Source: an uncultured Candidatus Saccharibacteria bacterium (GTDB lineage Bacteria; Patescibacteriota; Minisyncoccia; UBA9983). From it: 64,000 bases of DNA. Numbering within the stretch: the first letter of the stretch is position 1; every line of letters begins with the position of its first letter. Below the pieces are notes generated by a model, which made no database searches, was not told where the DNA came from, and was given only the letters and a program-made list of their open reading frames with translations. The position numbers and the translations under genes are program-made. This document shows positions 30,281-39,528 of this stretch, one piece after another. The stretch lies in NCBI GenBank assembly GCA_964372755.1, contig CAYJQX010000001.1:107382-171381 (forward strand), read 5' to 3'.

Positions 30281-32662
30281 ATGGAAAAAGAAAGCAAAAG
30301 ATCTCGATCGGAGGTGGCTATCAGTTTAATTTTTTATGTTTTAGTCTTTGCTTTGCCCTTTTTTGTTTTGTCGCTAGGACAAAATTTTCATTCTTTCGGC
30401 AAAGCTATTTTGATCTATTCTTCGGTTTTAGTGGCTTTGCTAATTTGGCTAGTTTCAAAATTAAAGACAGGAAAATTATCGATACCTAAAAGTCCTATTC
30501 TTCTTGCTTTGCTTGGAGTAATTGTGGTCTGGACGGTTTCTTCTTTTCTTTCTTTGAATATACCGCTTTCTTTGATGGGTACAGGACACGAAATTGGTAC
30601 CACGGCCTTTTTCTTATTTCTTGGCCTAGCTCTTTTTTTTGCCTCCATTGTTTTTTCAGATGAAGTTAAAGCGTCTATTTTTTATTTTCTTATTTTTACA
30701 TCAGGCTTCTTGGTTTTACTTATTCAGATAGCGCACACGATTTTTAATCTCCCTCTGCCGTATCTTGATTCTGTTTTAATAGGCAAAACTGGTAATTTAA
30801 TCGGCGGTTGGAATGATTTCGGTATATTTTTCGGATTCCTAGGCATATCGGCGCTCTCTCTTTACGAGCTTCTTTCTCCAAAATTTTCGGGAGAAGCTTC
30901 TAGGGAAAAAACAAAACCCGTAAGAACGGCGCTTCTTATTTATACAATATTATCTTTTCTTATATTGGCGCTTGTTAATTTTAAGGTCTTAAGCTATATC
31001 TTTGGTTTTTCCGTTCTTGTTCTTCTTGTTTATCTTTTCTCTCGATCTTTTTTTGATCATCACGAAGAAAATCATAAGAAAAAAGAGTCGTCGCCCTTGT
31101 TTACATCCTTCTTTGTTCTTTTGGCTGTTTTTATGTTGATAATTGCTTCTAATTTTGCTTCATACTTTTCAGCTTATTTAGGAACAGCTTCTCTTGACGT
31201 TCGGCCTTCTCTTGAAACAAGCGCTAGTATTGCTCGGCAGGTCCTATCAGAAAACCCTGTGTTTGGCTCCGGTCCGGCCACTTTTATTTACGATTGGCTT
31301 GCTCTGAAACCACAAGCGGTTAACGCCACCCTTTTTTGGAATTCTCGTTTCGATGCTGGTATCAGCCATTTGGTTACTATTTTTACAACGGCTGGCTTGC
31401 TTGGCGGATTGGCTGTTCTTGTTTTTTACGGAGCTTTTATTTCTCAAGGACTTAAAGCTATTACCTATTCTCAAAACCATAAAATAAGAACCATGCTGAT
31501 TACCTCTTTCATTGGTTCTCTCTATCTATGGACAATGACAATTTTCTATTCTTCAGGTTTTTTTGCTTACGCGCTGGCCTTTATATCCACCGGAGTTTTC
31601 CTGGGACTGCTTGTCCATTCGGGTAAAACAAAGACAATAGAAATTTCTTTTTTAGACAATCCGAAAGTTGGATTTCTCTCGACTTTAATTACTATCATTC
31701 TTATCATTTCTTCATTGTCGGGAATATATTTAATTTTTCAGAAAACATGGGCATCTTATGCTTATGCCAAAGGAGTTGAAACGGTAAACAAGGAAGGGAA
31801 CATTGATAAAGCCAAAGAATATTTTCTACGGGCTGTGTCTTTTGATAAGCAAGATTTTTACTTGCGCGGTCTCACGGAGGTGAATATTCTTGAAATCCAA
31901 AGAGTGCTCAATCGGACGGATTTGAATCCAGAAGAAGCTCGGGCTCAATTTCAAACAGCTTTGGGCACGGCGATCCAGAATGCTCGAGAGGCCACAAGAG
32001 TCAATAATCTTGATCCGTTAAACTGGTTTCAATTGGCCAGGGTTTACGAATTGATTGTTCCGCTTAAGATAGAAAGAGCTGATGAGGCTTCCATAGAAGC
32101 TAATATGGAAGCTCAAAAAAGATCGCCTTTCGATCCCAACGTCTATCTTTCTTCCGCTCGAGTTAAGATTCAATCTGGCAAAATTGACGAAGCAAGAGAG
32201 TATATTGCTAAAGCGCTCGGATTAAAAAATGATTTTGCGCAAGCTATCTTTCTTTTGGCCCAATTGGAAAATCAAAGTGGTAATGCAGAAGCGGCTATTT
32301 TTAGATTGGAACAAGTAGCGACGCTGGCCCCCAATGACGTAGGAGTTCTTTTTCAATTAGGCCTTCTTCAATATCAAAATAAGAATTATGAAAGAGCAAG
32401 GCAGGCTTTTGAACGAGCCGTTGCTCTAAATTCAAATTATGCCAACGCGCGATATTTTCTCGGTCTTATTTATGAAAGACAAGATCGTGTGAATGACGCA
32501 ATTATTCAATTTGAAAAAATATTGGAAACAAATCCGGACAATGCCGAAGTAAGAGGTATTTTAAAAAACTTAACCGCCAATCGTTCGGCTCTAGAGAATA
32601 TTTCCCCTCCCCTGGAGAGTCCGGAAGAAAGAGATGCTCCGCCGGTGAAAGAAAGTCGTTAG
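30281..32662 (+). CDS. O-antigen ligase-like polytopic membrane protein with C-terminal TPR repeats
   Basis: ~12 TM helices then repeated TPR-like A..Y/F..A motifs (LFQLGLLQYQNKNYERARQAFERAVAL...). Confidence 0.7.
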   Translation: MEKESKRSRSEVAISLIFYVLVFALPFFVLSLGQNFHSFGKAILIYSSVLVALLIWLVSKLKTGKLSIPKSPILLALLGVIVVWTVSSFLSLNIPLSLMGTGHEIGTTAFFLFLGLALFFASIVFSDEVKASIFYFLIFTSGFLVLLIQIAHTIFNLPLPYLDSVLIGKTGNLIGGWNDFGIFFGFLGISALSLYELLSPKFSGEASREKTKPVRTALLIYTILSFLILALVNFKVLSYIFGFSVLVLLVYLFSRSFFDHHEENHKKKESSPLFTSFFVLLAVFMLIIASNFASYFSAYLGTASLDVRPSLETSASIARQVLSENPVFGSGPATFIYDWLALKPQAVNATLFWNSRFDAGISHLVTIFTTAGLLGGLAVLVFYGAFISQGLKAITYSQNHKIRTMLITSFIGSLYLWTMTIFYSSGFFAYALAFISTGVFLGLLVHSGKTKTIEISFLDNPKVGFLSTLITIILIISSLSGIYLIFQKTWASYAYAKGVETVNKEGNIDKAKEYFLRAVSFDKQDFYLRGLTEVNILEIQRVLNRTDLNPEEARAQFQTALGTAIQNAREATRVNNLDPLNWFQLARVYELIVPLKIERADEASIEANMEAQKRSPFDPNVYLSSARVKIQSGKIDEAREYIAKALGLKNDFAQAIFLLAQLENQSGNAEAAIFRLEQVATLAPNDVGVLFQLGLLQYQNKNYERARQAFERAVALNSNYANARYFLGLIYERQDRVNDAIIQFEKILETNPDNAEVRGILKNLTANRSALENISPPLESPEERDAPPVKESR

Positions 32663-32693
32663 AAAGATTTTTTTCTATCAAAAAATTAAATAG

Positions 32694-34373
32694 GTGGTAA
32701 AAAGAATTATCAAATCTTTTGGAAAAGATGAAGCAAGTATACATGGCGCGGCTCTTTTGCTTGCCATCTCTTTTCTCGTTTCAGGTTTATTAGGTCTCTT
32801 AAGAGATAGGTTGCTGGCCGGAAAATTTGGAGCAGGAGAGCTTCTGGATATTTACTATGCCTCTTTCAGACTTCCAGATTTTTTGTACGCTATTTCTATT
32901 TCCTTGGTGTCAGTAACAGTTCTTATTCCTCTTTTTTTGAAAAAAAAACGCCACTCTAGCGCAGAAGCTAAAAAACTTTTGGATGGGATATTTACTGTTT
33001 TTTCTCTGGGCCTCGTTTTTTCTTCTTTGCTTTTGTATTTTTTTATTCCAGTTTTGAATTTATATCTAGCCCCCGGTTTTGACGCGGGGAAGCAATCGAC
33101 CTTGTCTTTCCTTTCCAGGATTTTATTGCTGTCGCCATTTTTTCTAGGTCTTTCTAATCTTGTTTCCAGTGTTACTCAGGCAAACAGGCGTTTTATGGTT
33201 TATGCTCTTTCGCCACTGGTTTACAACTTAAGCATTATTTTCGGCGTCGTATCACTTTCTCCGATTTTTGGTATTCATGGTGTTGTCTATGGAGTTGTCT
33301 TTGGCTCCGTCCTTCATTTGGCGGTGCAGCTACCGAGCATCAGAAATTTGGGATTTCTCCCCAGATTATCTTTCAGTATTCGCTATAAAGACATTAAGGA
33401 AATTATATGGTTTTCTTTTCCTAGAAGTTTAGGCTTAACCGTTAACCAGTTGGTTCTTTCCGTTATGACAGCTTTGGCTTCTTTGTTTTCTATTGGTGGA
33501 ATTGCCATTTTTAACTTGGCCTATAATTTACAGTCGGTGGCTGTCGGGGTGATTGGCATGAGTTTCAGCGTGGCCGCTTTTCCGATTCTCTCCGGAGTAG
33601 ATATAGAGAAAGAAAAAAATGTTTTTGTCGGTCATTTTCGTCAGACGACAAAAACTATTATTTTTTACGCTTTACCCATAACAATGCTCTTTATTGTTTT
33701 ACGGGCTCAGATTGTGCGTGTTATTTTCGGATATCAAAATTTTGGCTGGACAGATACTCGCCTTACTTCGGCGGCCTTGGCTCTCTTTTCATTTTCTATT
33801 TTGGCGCAGATGCTTGTTCTTTTTTTTTCTCGGGTTTTTTATTCCGCGCATAAAACTTTAAAGCCCGTTTTGATAAATTTATTATCGGCTGTTTTTATTA
33901 TTGCCCTGTCTTTTTGGCTGGCTGTATTTTTTGTTGATTATGCTACTTATGCAAGTATTTTTGAGAAAATATTGAGAGTGGAAAATGTTCCCGGCACTAA
34001 AGCTCTTATCTTGCCACTGGCTTTCAGTATCGGCATGACAATTAATGCTCTGCTTTTGTATTTTGAGATAAAGAAAACTTTCAATCTCTCAAAAAAATTT
34101 TTACGGGAAACGCTTGGTCAGAGCTTCATCGCCTCTCTTTTTATGGCTTTTGTGGTTTATAGTTCTCTTAATGTTTTGGATAAATTTTTTGATATTTACA
34201 CCTCTTTAGGTATTTTTGCCCAAGGATTTTTCTCGGCTTTTGTAGGATTGGCTGTTTGGGGCACTTTGCTCCATCGATTAAAAAACGAGGAATTTTTAGA
34301 GCTTCTTTATTCTCTTAAACAAAAATTTTGGAAAACAAATGTTGTTATTCCGGAGCCACAGAAATTGCCTTAG
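32694..34373 (+). CDS. murJ: lipid II flippase MurJ (MviN)
   Basis: N-terminal LLRDRLLAGKFGAGELLDIYYASFRLPDFLY and 14-TM architecture. Confidence 0.85.
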   Translation: MVKRIIKSFGKDEASIHGAALLLAISFLVSGLLGLLRDRLLAGKFGAGELLDIYYASFRLPDFLYAISISLVSVTVLIPLFLKKKRHSSAEAKKLLDGIFTVFSLGLVFSSLLLYFFIPVLNLYLAPGFDAGKQSTLSFLSRILLLSPFFLGLSNLVSSVTQANRRFMVYALSPLVYNLSIIFGVVSLSPIFGIHGVVYGVVFGSVLHLAVQLPSIRNLGFLPRLSFSIRYKDIKEIIWFSFPRSLGLTVNQLVLSVMTALASLFSIGGIAIFNLAYNLQSVAVGVIGMSFSVAAFPILSGVDIEKEKNVFVGHFRQTTKTIIFYALPITMLFIVLRAQIVRVIFGYQNFGWTDTRLTSAALALFSFSILAQMLVLFFSRVFYSAHKTLKPVLINLLSAVFIIALSFWLAVFFVDYATYASIFEKILRVENVPGTKALILPLAFSIGMTINALLLYFEIKKTFNLSKKFLRETLGQSFIASLFMAFVVYSSLNVLDKFFDIYTSLGIFAQGFFSAFVGLAVWGTLLHRLKNEEFLELLYSLKQKFWKTNVVIPEPQKLP

Positions 34374-34463
34374 AGCTAAATTACCGACATTCTATTGCGG
34401 ATTTTAGCCCGTAATCTTTTTTCTGGAAAAGTCTTTTAAATTAAGCTAGAATGGGCTTCTGAA

Positions 34464-36266
34464 ATGAAGGAGTCTCTTATTAGAAATTTTGTTATTATAG
34501 CCCACATAGACCACGGCAAATCTACTCTTGCCGATCGGCTTCTTGAAGCTACCAACACAATTGAAAAGAGAAAAATGAAGGAGCAAGTATTAGACCAAAT
34601 GGAACTTGAGCGTGAAAAAGGCATTACTATCAAAATGCAACCCGTTCGAATGAGCTACACGCAACATTCCGCGCACTATATTTTAAATCTAATAGATACT
34701 CCCGGACACATTGATTTTTCTTATGAAGTTTCGCGAGCCTTAAAAGCGGTGGAGGGCGCTGTTTTGTTGGTGGATGCCACTCAAGGAGTACAAGCTCAAA
34801 CTATTACGAACGTAGAGTTGGCCAAAGAGGCTGGTCTGGTTATTATTCCGGTTGTAAACAAGATTGACCTGTCTTCGGCTGATGTGGAAGGCACAAAAAC
34901 GGAGATAATGAAATTGGTAAATTGCAATAAGGAAGATATTTTATCGGTATCCGCAAAGACTGGCGCGGGCGTGGGTGGTCTTCTGGAAAAAATCGTAGAA
35001 AAAGTTCCTGCACCAAAAGAAGATAATAATGGCTTGTTACAAGCTTTGGTTTTTGATTTTAGTTATTCCCAACACAGGGGTGTTACGGTTTATGCTCGTC
35101 TGGTGAATGGACAGGTAAAAGCCGGAGACGATTTAATTTTTGCTGGTTCTGGACAAAGATTTACGGCTAGCGAGGTGGGTATTTTTCATCCAGCCGAAGA
35201 AGCTAGAAAAAATTTATCATCGGGAGAAATTGGTTATATTGTCACAAGTATAAAAAAACCGAATGTGGCCACCGTGGGAGACACCATCACTGCTTTTCTT
35301 AAGCCAGCATCGCCTCTTCCGGGGTATATGCAACCTAAACCTGTTGTTTGGGCCAGCGTTTACCCTGTTTCTGCCGATGATTTCGTGGCGATGAAAAAAG
35401 CTTTGGACGTTTTGCATTTATCCGATAGTTCTTTGGCGTACGAAGAAGAAACCAGCGGAGCTTTAGGGCGAGGATTCCGTTGCGGTTTTTTGGGCATGCT
35501 TCATCTAGAAATTATTTTGGAAAGGTTAAAAAGGGAATTTTCTCTAAATCTGGTAACTGCCTCGCCAACCATTACTTATAAGATAGAACTCACCAATGGA
35601 GAAAAAATAGAAATTTATTCACCGCCTCTTTTTCCTGAAGACCATAACATAAAGAAAATATATGAGCCGTGGATAGAGGCGCGCATTATCACTCCGCCAG
35701 AGGGGATTGGCTCCATTATGGCTCTTCTTTACGATCATGAAGCGGAAGTATTGTCCACCGATCAATTCGGAGGCTCTAGAATGGTTATAGAAGTTTTGAT
35801 GCCTCTTAGAGAGTTAATGAGAGGTTTTTTTGAGGCATTAAAAAGTATAAGCGCCGGTTATGCTTCACTGAGCTATAAAATTGTTGGAGACAGAGAGGTT
35901 CCTCACGGGGCGATTACGCGCCTTGATATTTTAGTGGCGGAAGAGCCAGTGCCGGCTTTTTCCCGCATTGTTAGTAAAAGCCGAATAGAAAGAGAAGCGG
36001 AAAGTTCCGTGGAAAAATTGAAAGATCTGATTCCCCGAGCCCTTTTTGTCATAAAAGTTCAAGCAAAGGGTTTGGGAAGAATCATTGCCTCTCGGAGTAT
36101 TTCTGCTCTAAAAAAGGATGTTACGGGGCATTTGTATGGTGGAGACAGGACTAGAAAAATGAAATTATGGGAAAAACAAAAAAAGGGAAAAGCCAGAATG
36201 AAAGCCTCGGGAAAAGTGGAAATCCCCAACGACGTTTTCATTAAAATGATGCAAGATCAGAATTAA
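34464..36266 (+). CDS. lepA: elongation factor 4
   Basis: IRNFVIIAHIDHGKSTL, DTPGHIDF, LepA C-terminal domain. Confidence 0.95.
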   Translation: MKESLIRNFVIIAHIDHGKSTLADRLLEATNTIEKRKMKEQVLDQMELEREKGITIKMQPVRMSYTQHSAHYILNLIDTPGHIDFSYEVSRALKAVEGAVLLVDATQGVQAQTITNVELAKEAGLVIIPVVNKIDLSSADVEGTKTEIMKLVNCNKEDILSVSAKTGAGVGGLLEKIVEKVPAPKEDNNGLLQALVFDFSYSQHRGVTVYARLVNGQVKAGDDLIFAGSGQRFTASEVGIFHPAEEARKNLSSGEIGYIVTSIKKPNVATVGDTITAFLKPASPLPGYMQPKPVVWASVYPVSADDFVAMKKALDVLHLSDSSLAYEEETSGALGRGFRCGFLGMLHLEIILERLKREFSLNLVTASPTITYKIELTNGEKIEIYSPPLFPEDHNIKKIYEPWIEARIITPPEGIGSIMALLYDHEAEVLSTDQFGGSRMVIEVLMPLRELMRGFFEALKSISAGYASLSYKIVGDREVPHGAITRLDILVAEEPVPAFSRIVSKSRIEREAESSVEKLKDLIPRALFVIKVQAKGLGRIIASRSISALKKDVTGHLYGGDRTRKMKLWEKQKKGKARMKASGKVEIPNDVFIKMMQDQN

Positions 36267-36393
36267 TAAAAAGCTGGCGCCACAAGAAAAAGAACCATGC
36301 CGATGGTGGCAAAGATTGTGATGATAAGCCAAATGACTTGATATTTTTTTTGCCGAGAAACTTTTGCCATATATGATTATAATAACCTAAACA

Positions 36394-36786
36394 ATGCGAG
36401 AATATCAAGATAAAAAAAGAAGGAGAAAGATAATTTACTCTGGCCCGGTACTCACGGGTCTTTTGGTCGTGCTGGTTTTTTTGCTTATAAGTTTGTGGGG
36501 GATTTTTCAAAAAAGCCGAGAAGCCTTGCGTTTAAAAAACGAGAGCCTGGAAGAAAAACGTGAACTTGATTCAAGAAGCGCTAGTCTTAAAGAGGAGGTG
36601 GATCGTTTGGCATCTGACGCGGGGAAAGAAGAAGCCATCAGAAAAAGATTTAGCGTTAAAAAGCCCGGGGAAGAGGTGCTCGTGATTATTCAAAATGATA
36701 AGAAGGAAGAAGGAGATGGAGACACGGAGGCTGGTTTTTTCAACAAAATCTGGCAAGGGGTTAGAAATTTTTTCATTACGGAGTAG
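36394..36786 (+). CDS. FtsB/DivIC-like septum formation initiator (tentative)
   Basis: single N-terminal TM followed by coiled-coil-like KNESLEEKRELD... Confidence 0.4.
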   Translation: MREYQDKKRRRKIIYSGPVLTGLLVVLVFLLISLWGIFQKSREALRLKNESLEEKRELDSRSASLKEEVDRLASDAGKEEAIRKRFSVKKPGEEVLVIIQNDKKEEGDGDTEAGFFNKIWQGVRNFFITE

Positions 36787-36797
36787 TTTGTTTTTAT

Positions 36798-36868
36798 GCG
36801 GGTGTAGTTTAGTGGTATGACACGACCTTCCCAAGGTTGAAACGCGGGTTCGATTCCCGCCATCCGCA
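36798..36868 (+). tRNA. tRNA-Gly (anticodon CCC)
   Basis: manual fold: acceptor GCGGGTG/CATCCGC, anticodon loop TTCCCAA, T-arm GCGGG-TTCGATT-CCCGC. Confidence 0.85.
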
Positions 36869-37137
36869 AAAATTGACTTTAGTTATGTTGTTTGTTAGGA
36901 ATAGACATAGGTTATTTTTGGTTCGGAGAAGCCTTCGGGTAATGGTCCCCAGTTCGCCAGTTCAATTCTGGGAAGGTACAGGAATCGCGGTTCATTTTTT
37001 ATGGATCTTCGGGGCGCAGTAATAGGTGGGAGATTTTGAAGCCTTGCCTCTGGGTAAGGTGGAGTCGCCAGTGAGATACCACCCTCCGAAAGATTTTGAA
37101 TCACTAAGACCTAGAGAGACAAGTTTTTAGTGCCATA

Positions 37138-37190
37138 GGTTCCCCTCCGAACCTTTTTTGTCCGCTTGCCAATATCGGAAGCGGTTTTTT
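37138..37190 (+). terminator. two tandem rho-independent terminators (GGTTC-CCCTCC-GAACC-T6; CCGCTT...AAGCGG-T6)
   Basis: GC stems each followed by a T6 run, ending a ~270-nt non-coding region after tRNA-Gly. Confidence 0.6.
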
Positions 37191-37211
37191 GTTTGAAAAA
37201 AGGCTAAAAAA

Positions 37212-38588
37212 TTGCTATTCTTAACACACTTTATGGCTGACTATAAAAACTATTTCAAGGGTAAAAAGATAACCCTCATGGGTTTGGGGCTTTTGGGGCG
37301 TGGGGTAGGGGATGCTCAGTTTCTCTCCGAATGTGGGGCGGATTTGATAGTGACGGACTTAAAAACCGCCAAAGATTTAGCGCCGTCGTTGAAAAAACTT
37401 TCTAAATTTAAAAACATCAAGTTTGTTTTGGGCGAGCACCGAATGGAAGATTTTAAAAATCGCGACATGATTATAAAAGCTGCTGGCGTGCCCCTTGATT
37501 CTGTCTTTATCGCGGAGGCAAAAAAAAATAAAATTCCGATAGAAATGGATTCTTCTCTTTTTTTAAAAATGGCTCCACCACGTATCCTTACTATTGGAGT
37601 AACAGGTACAAGGGGAAAATCTACGGTTACCCAATTAATCTATGAGATAATTAAACTCTCAAAAAGAAGAATTCATTTAGGAGGGAATATTCGTGGTTTG
37701 GCTACTTTGCCCATGTTGAAGAAAATAAAATCCGGAGACATTGTTTTGATGGAGCTTGATTCATGGCAACTTCAAGGTTTTGGGGAGATAAAAATCAGTC
37801 CTCATATCGCTGTTTTTACCAGTTTCCTTTCCGACCATTTGAATTATTATGGAGGCGACACGAAGAGATATTTTTTAGACAAGGCTAATATCTTTCTTTA
37901 TCAAAAAAGGGAAGATTATTTGGTGACTAACACGGAAACTTTACGGAAAATAAAAAAATACAAAGCCGATATTCCAAAAAATAACGTCATATTGCGTGAC
38001 GGAAAAAATTTGTCAAAATCATTGAAGCCGAAACTGCTTGGAGAACACAACAAATCTAATCTTGTTTTAGCTATAGCCGTCGGAGAAATTTTAAGAATAC
38101 CCTATCCTCTCATAAAAAAAGTAACGGAAAATTTCTCTGGTGTGCCGGGGCGGCTTGAAAAAGTATTATCCCTAAAAGGAGTGGATTATTACAACGATAC
38201 GACAGCTACCACTCCGGATGGGGCGATTGCCGCTCTTAAATCATTAGAAAATTTGTACAAAGGGATTATTTTAATTGCTGGCGGAAAAGATAAAAATCTG
38301 GATTACAAAATATTTGTTAAAGAAGTTAAAAAAAGGGTTAAAACTTTAATTCTTTTGCAAGATGCAACAACTACCGCTACCGACAAAATAATCGCAGGTT
38401 TAGGCAAAAAATCGAGTCTTACGCTTATTAAAATCCCCAGCATAAAAGAAGCTGTCCTTGAGGCGAAAAAACTTGCCAAGAAAGGGGATGTGGTGCTTTT
38501 ATCACCCGCTTCAGCTAGTTTCGGCATGTTTAAAAATGAATTTGACCGCGGGGATCAATTTACAAAACTTGTCAAAAAACTGAAATAG
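37212..38588 (+). CDS. murD: UDP-N-acetylmuramoylalanine--D-glutamate ligase
   Basis: Mur ligase P-loop GVTGTRGKSTV, MurD-like N-terminal GLGLLGRG; start possibly at MADYK (37236). Confidence 0.8.
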   Translation: MLFLTHFMADYKNYFKGKKITLMGLGLLGRGVGDAQFLSECGADLIVTDLKTAKDLAPSLKKLSKFKNIKFVLGEHRMEDFKNRDMIIKAAGVPLDSVFIAEAKKNKIPIEMDSSLFLKMAPPRILTIGVTGTRGKSTVTQLIYEIIKLSKRRIHLGGNIRGLATLPMLKKIKSGDIVLMELDSWQLQGFGEIKISPHIAVFTSFLSDHLNYYGGDTKRYFLDKANIFLYQKREDYLVTNTETLRKIKKYKADIPKNNVILRDGKNLSKSLKPKLLGEHNKSNLVLAIAVGEILRIPYPLIKKVTENFSGVPGRLEKVLSLKGVDYYNDTTATTPDGAIAALKSLENLYKGIILIAGGKDKNLDYKIFVKEVKKRVKTLILLQDATTTATDKIIAGLGKKSSLTLIKIPSIKEAVLEAKKLAKKGDVVLLSPASASFGMFKNEFDRGDQFTKLVKKLK

Positions 38589-38665
38589 AAACTTAAACAC
38601 AAAAACTGAAATAAAAATTTAAATAGAAATTAAATTAGAAACTAAAACTAAAACAAAAATAACCC

Positions 38666-38713
38666 CAGTGAGTAATCCTGACATATGTCAAAATTACTCA
38701 CTGGGGTAGAAAA
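38666..38713. repeat. long palindrome CCCCAGTGAGTAATCCTGACATATGTCAAAATTACTCACTGGGG (copy 1; terminator for the minus-strand gene)
   Basis: 14-bp outer stem plus inner TGACATATGTCA palindrome; T-rich run after it on the minus strand. Confidence 0.6.
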
Positions 38714-38753
38714 AAAGAAAGGATGTCAAACTAACAAAAGCTAACAAAAGTTT

Positions 38754-39365
38754 TTATTTACGAACAGAATTATTTCCAAAAAACAGTTTTTCAATTTGTT
38801 GGCCGTGAATAATTTTTTCCACCGTCAATATTTCCACATATTTTTCCACACCAAAAAGATTGGCAATAAAAAGAATCTCATCTTCAAATTTATAAGGATA
38901 TATCCAAACACTTTTTTGTAATTGACGAAAGCCTAAATCTTTAACTTTTTCTTGTAAGGCCTTGCGAGCAGATGTGTGAGTGTTTGGTATGTCAAAGATA
39001 AGGATGTGCCATTTTTTGTCCCAGTTTTTTGGTTTAGGTATTGTTAATCCTTCAAGACTAAATTTTTTCAATTGAGAGCGTCCTTTATTTGTAAGTTCCA
39101 ACTTGATCTGATTGTCTCTTTTTTTACTAACCGAAATATAGCCATTTCTGTTTAAGTAACGAAGATTGTCTTGATGTTGTCGGCCCGAATACTTCTTTCC
39201 TTGCTTGCTTTTTCCAAATATCTGAAAAATATTTGGAGCAGTGGCGGCGACAAGGACAACCCCACTCAAAGCAAGTGTTGCTAGTATGATTCTTGAGATT
39301 TTTGCTGTCTTGTTGTCTGAATCAAGAAAATTCTCGATCTGCCTAAAGTTCAATTCTTTGAGCAT
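38754..39365 (-). CDS. hypothetical membrane-anchored protein; C-terminal region with Cas2/VapD-like beta-alpha pattern (speculative)
   Basis: N-terminal TM; WHILIFDIPNTHTSARKALQEKVKDLGFRQLQKSVWIYPY; flanked by two copies of a long palindrome. Confidence 0.4.
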   Translation of the reverse strand: MLKELNFRQIENFLDSDNKTAKISRIILATLALSGVVLVAATAPNIFQIFGKSKQGKKYSGRQHQDNLRYLNRNGYISVSKKRDNQIKLELTNKGRSQLKKFSLEGLTIPKPKNWDKKWHILIFDIPNTHTSARKALQEKVKDLGFRQLQKSVWIYPYKFEDEILFIANLFGVEKYVEILTVEKIIHGQQIEKLFFGNNSVRK

Positions 39366-39427
39366 TTTTGAGGATATTTAAATTAATATTTTTCTATATC
39401 TAAATAGTAGCATAAATGAATCTTAAA

Positions 39428-39465
39428 GTGAGTAATTATGACATATGTCAGGATTACTCACTGAA
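39428..39465. repeat. long palindrome AGTGAGTAATTATGACATATGTCAGGATTACTCACT (copy 2, in the divergent promoter region)
   Basis: near-identical (reverse-complement) copy of the 38666-38713 element. Confidence 0.55.
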
Positions 39466-39528
39466 GGAGGAGGGGCTCTAAAGACGGTGCTTTTATTCGG
39501 AGATAAAAGAAGTTATGATGGTTGTACG

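Noticed and set aside
36837-37104. Track ORFs 36837-37022 (+) and 36895-37104 (-)
   Set aside because: They overlap tRNA-Gly and the candidate structured RNA region; no RBS, no motif.
36870-37130. Bacterial SRP (4.5S) RNA
   Set aside because: Partial resemblance (GGGAAGGTACAGG) to the domain IV GGAAGGAAGCAG motif only; topology does not match, so it is left as a generic candidate ncRNA.
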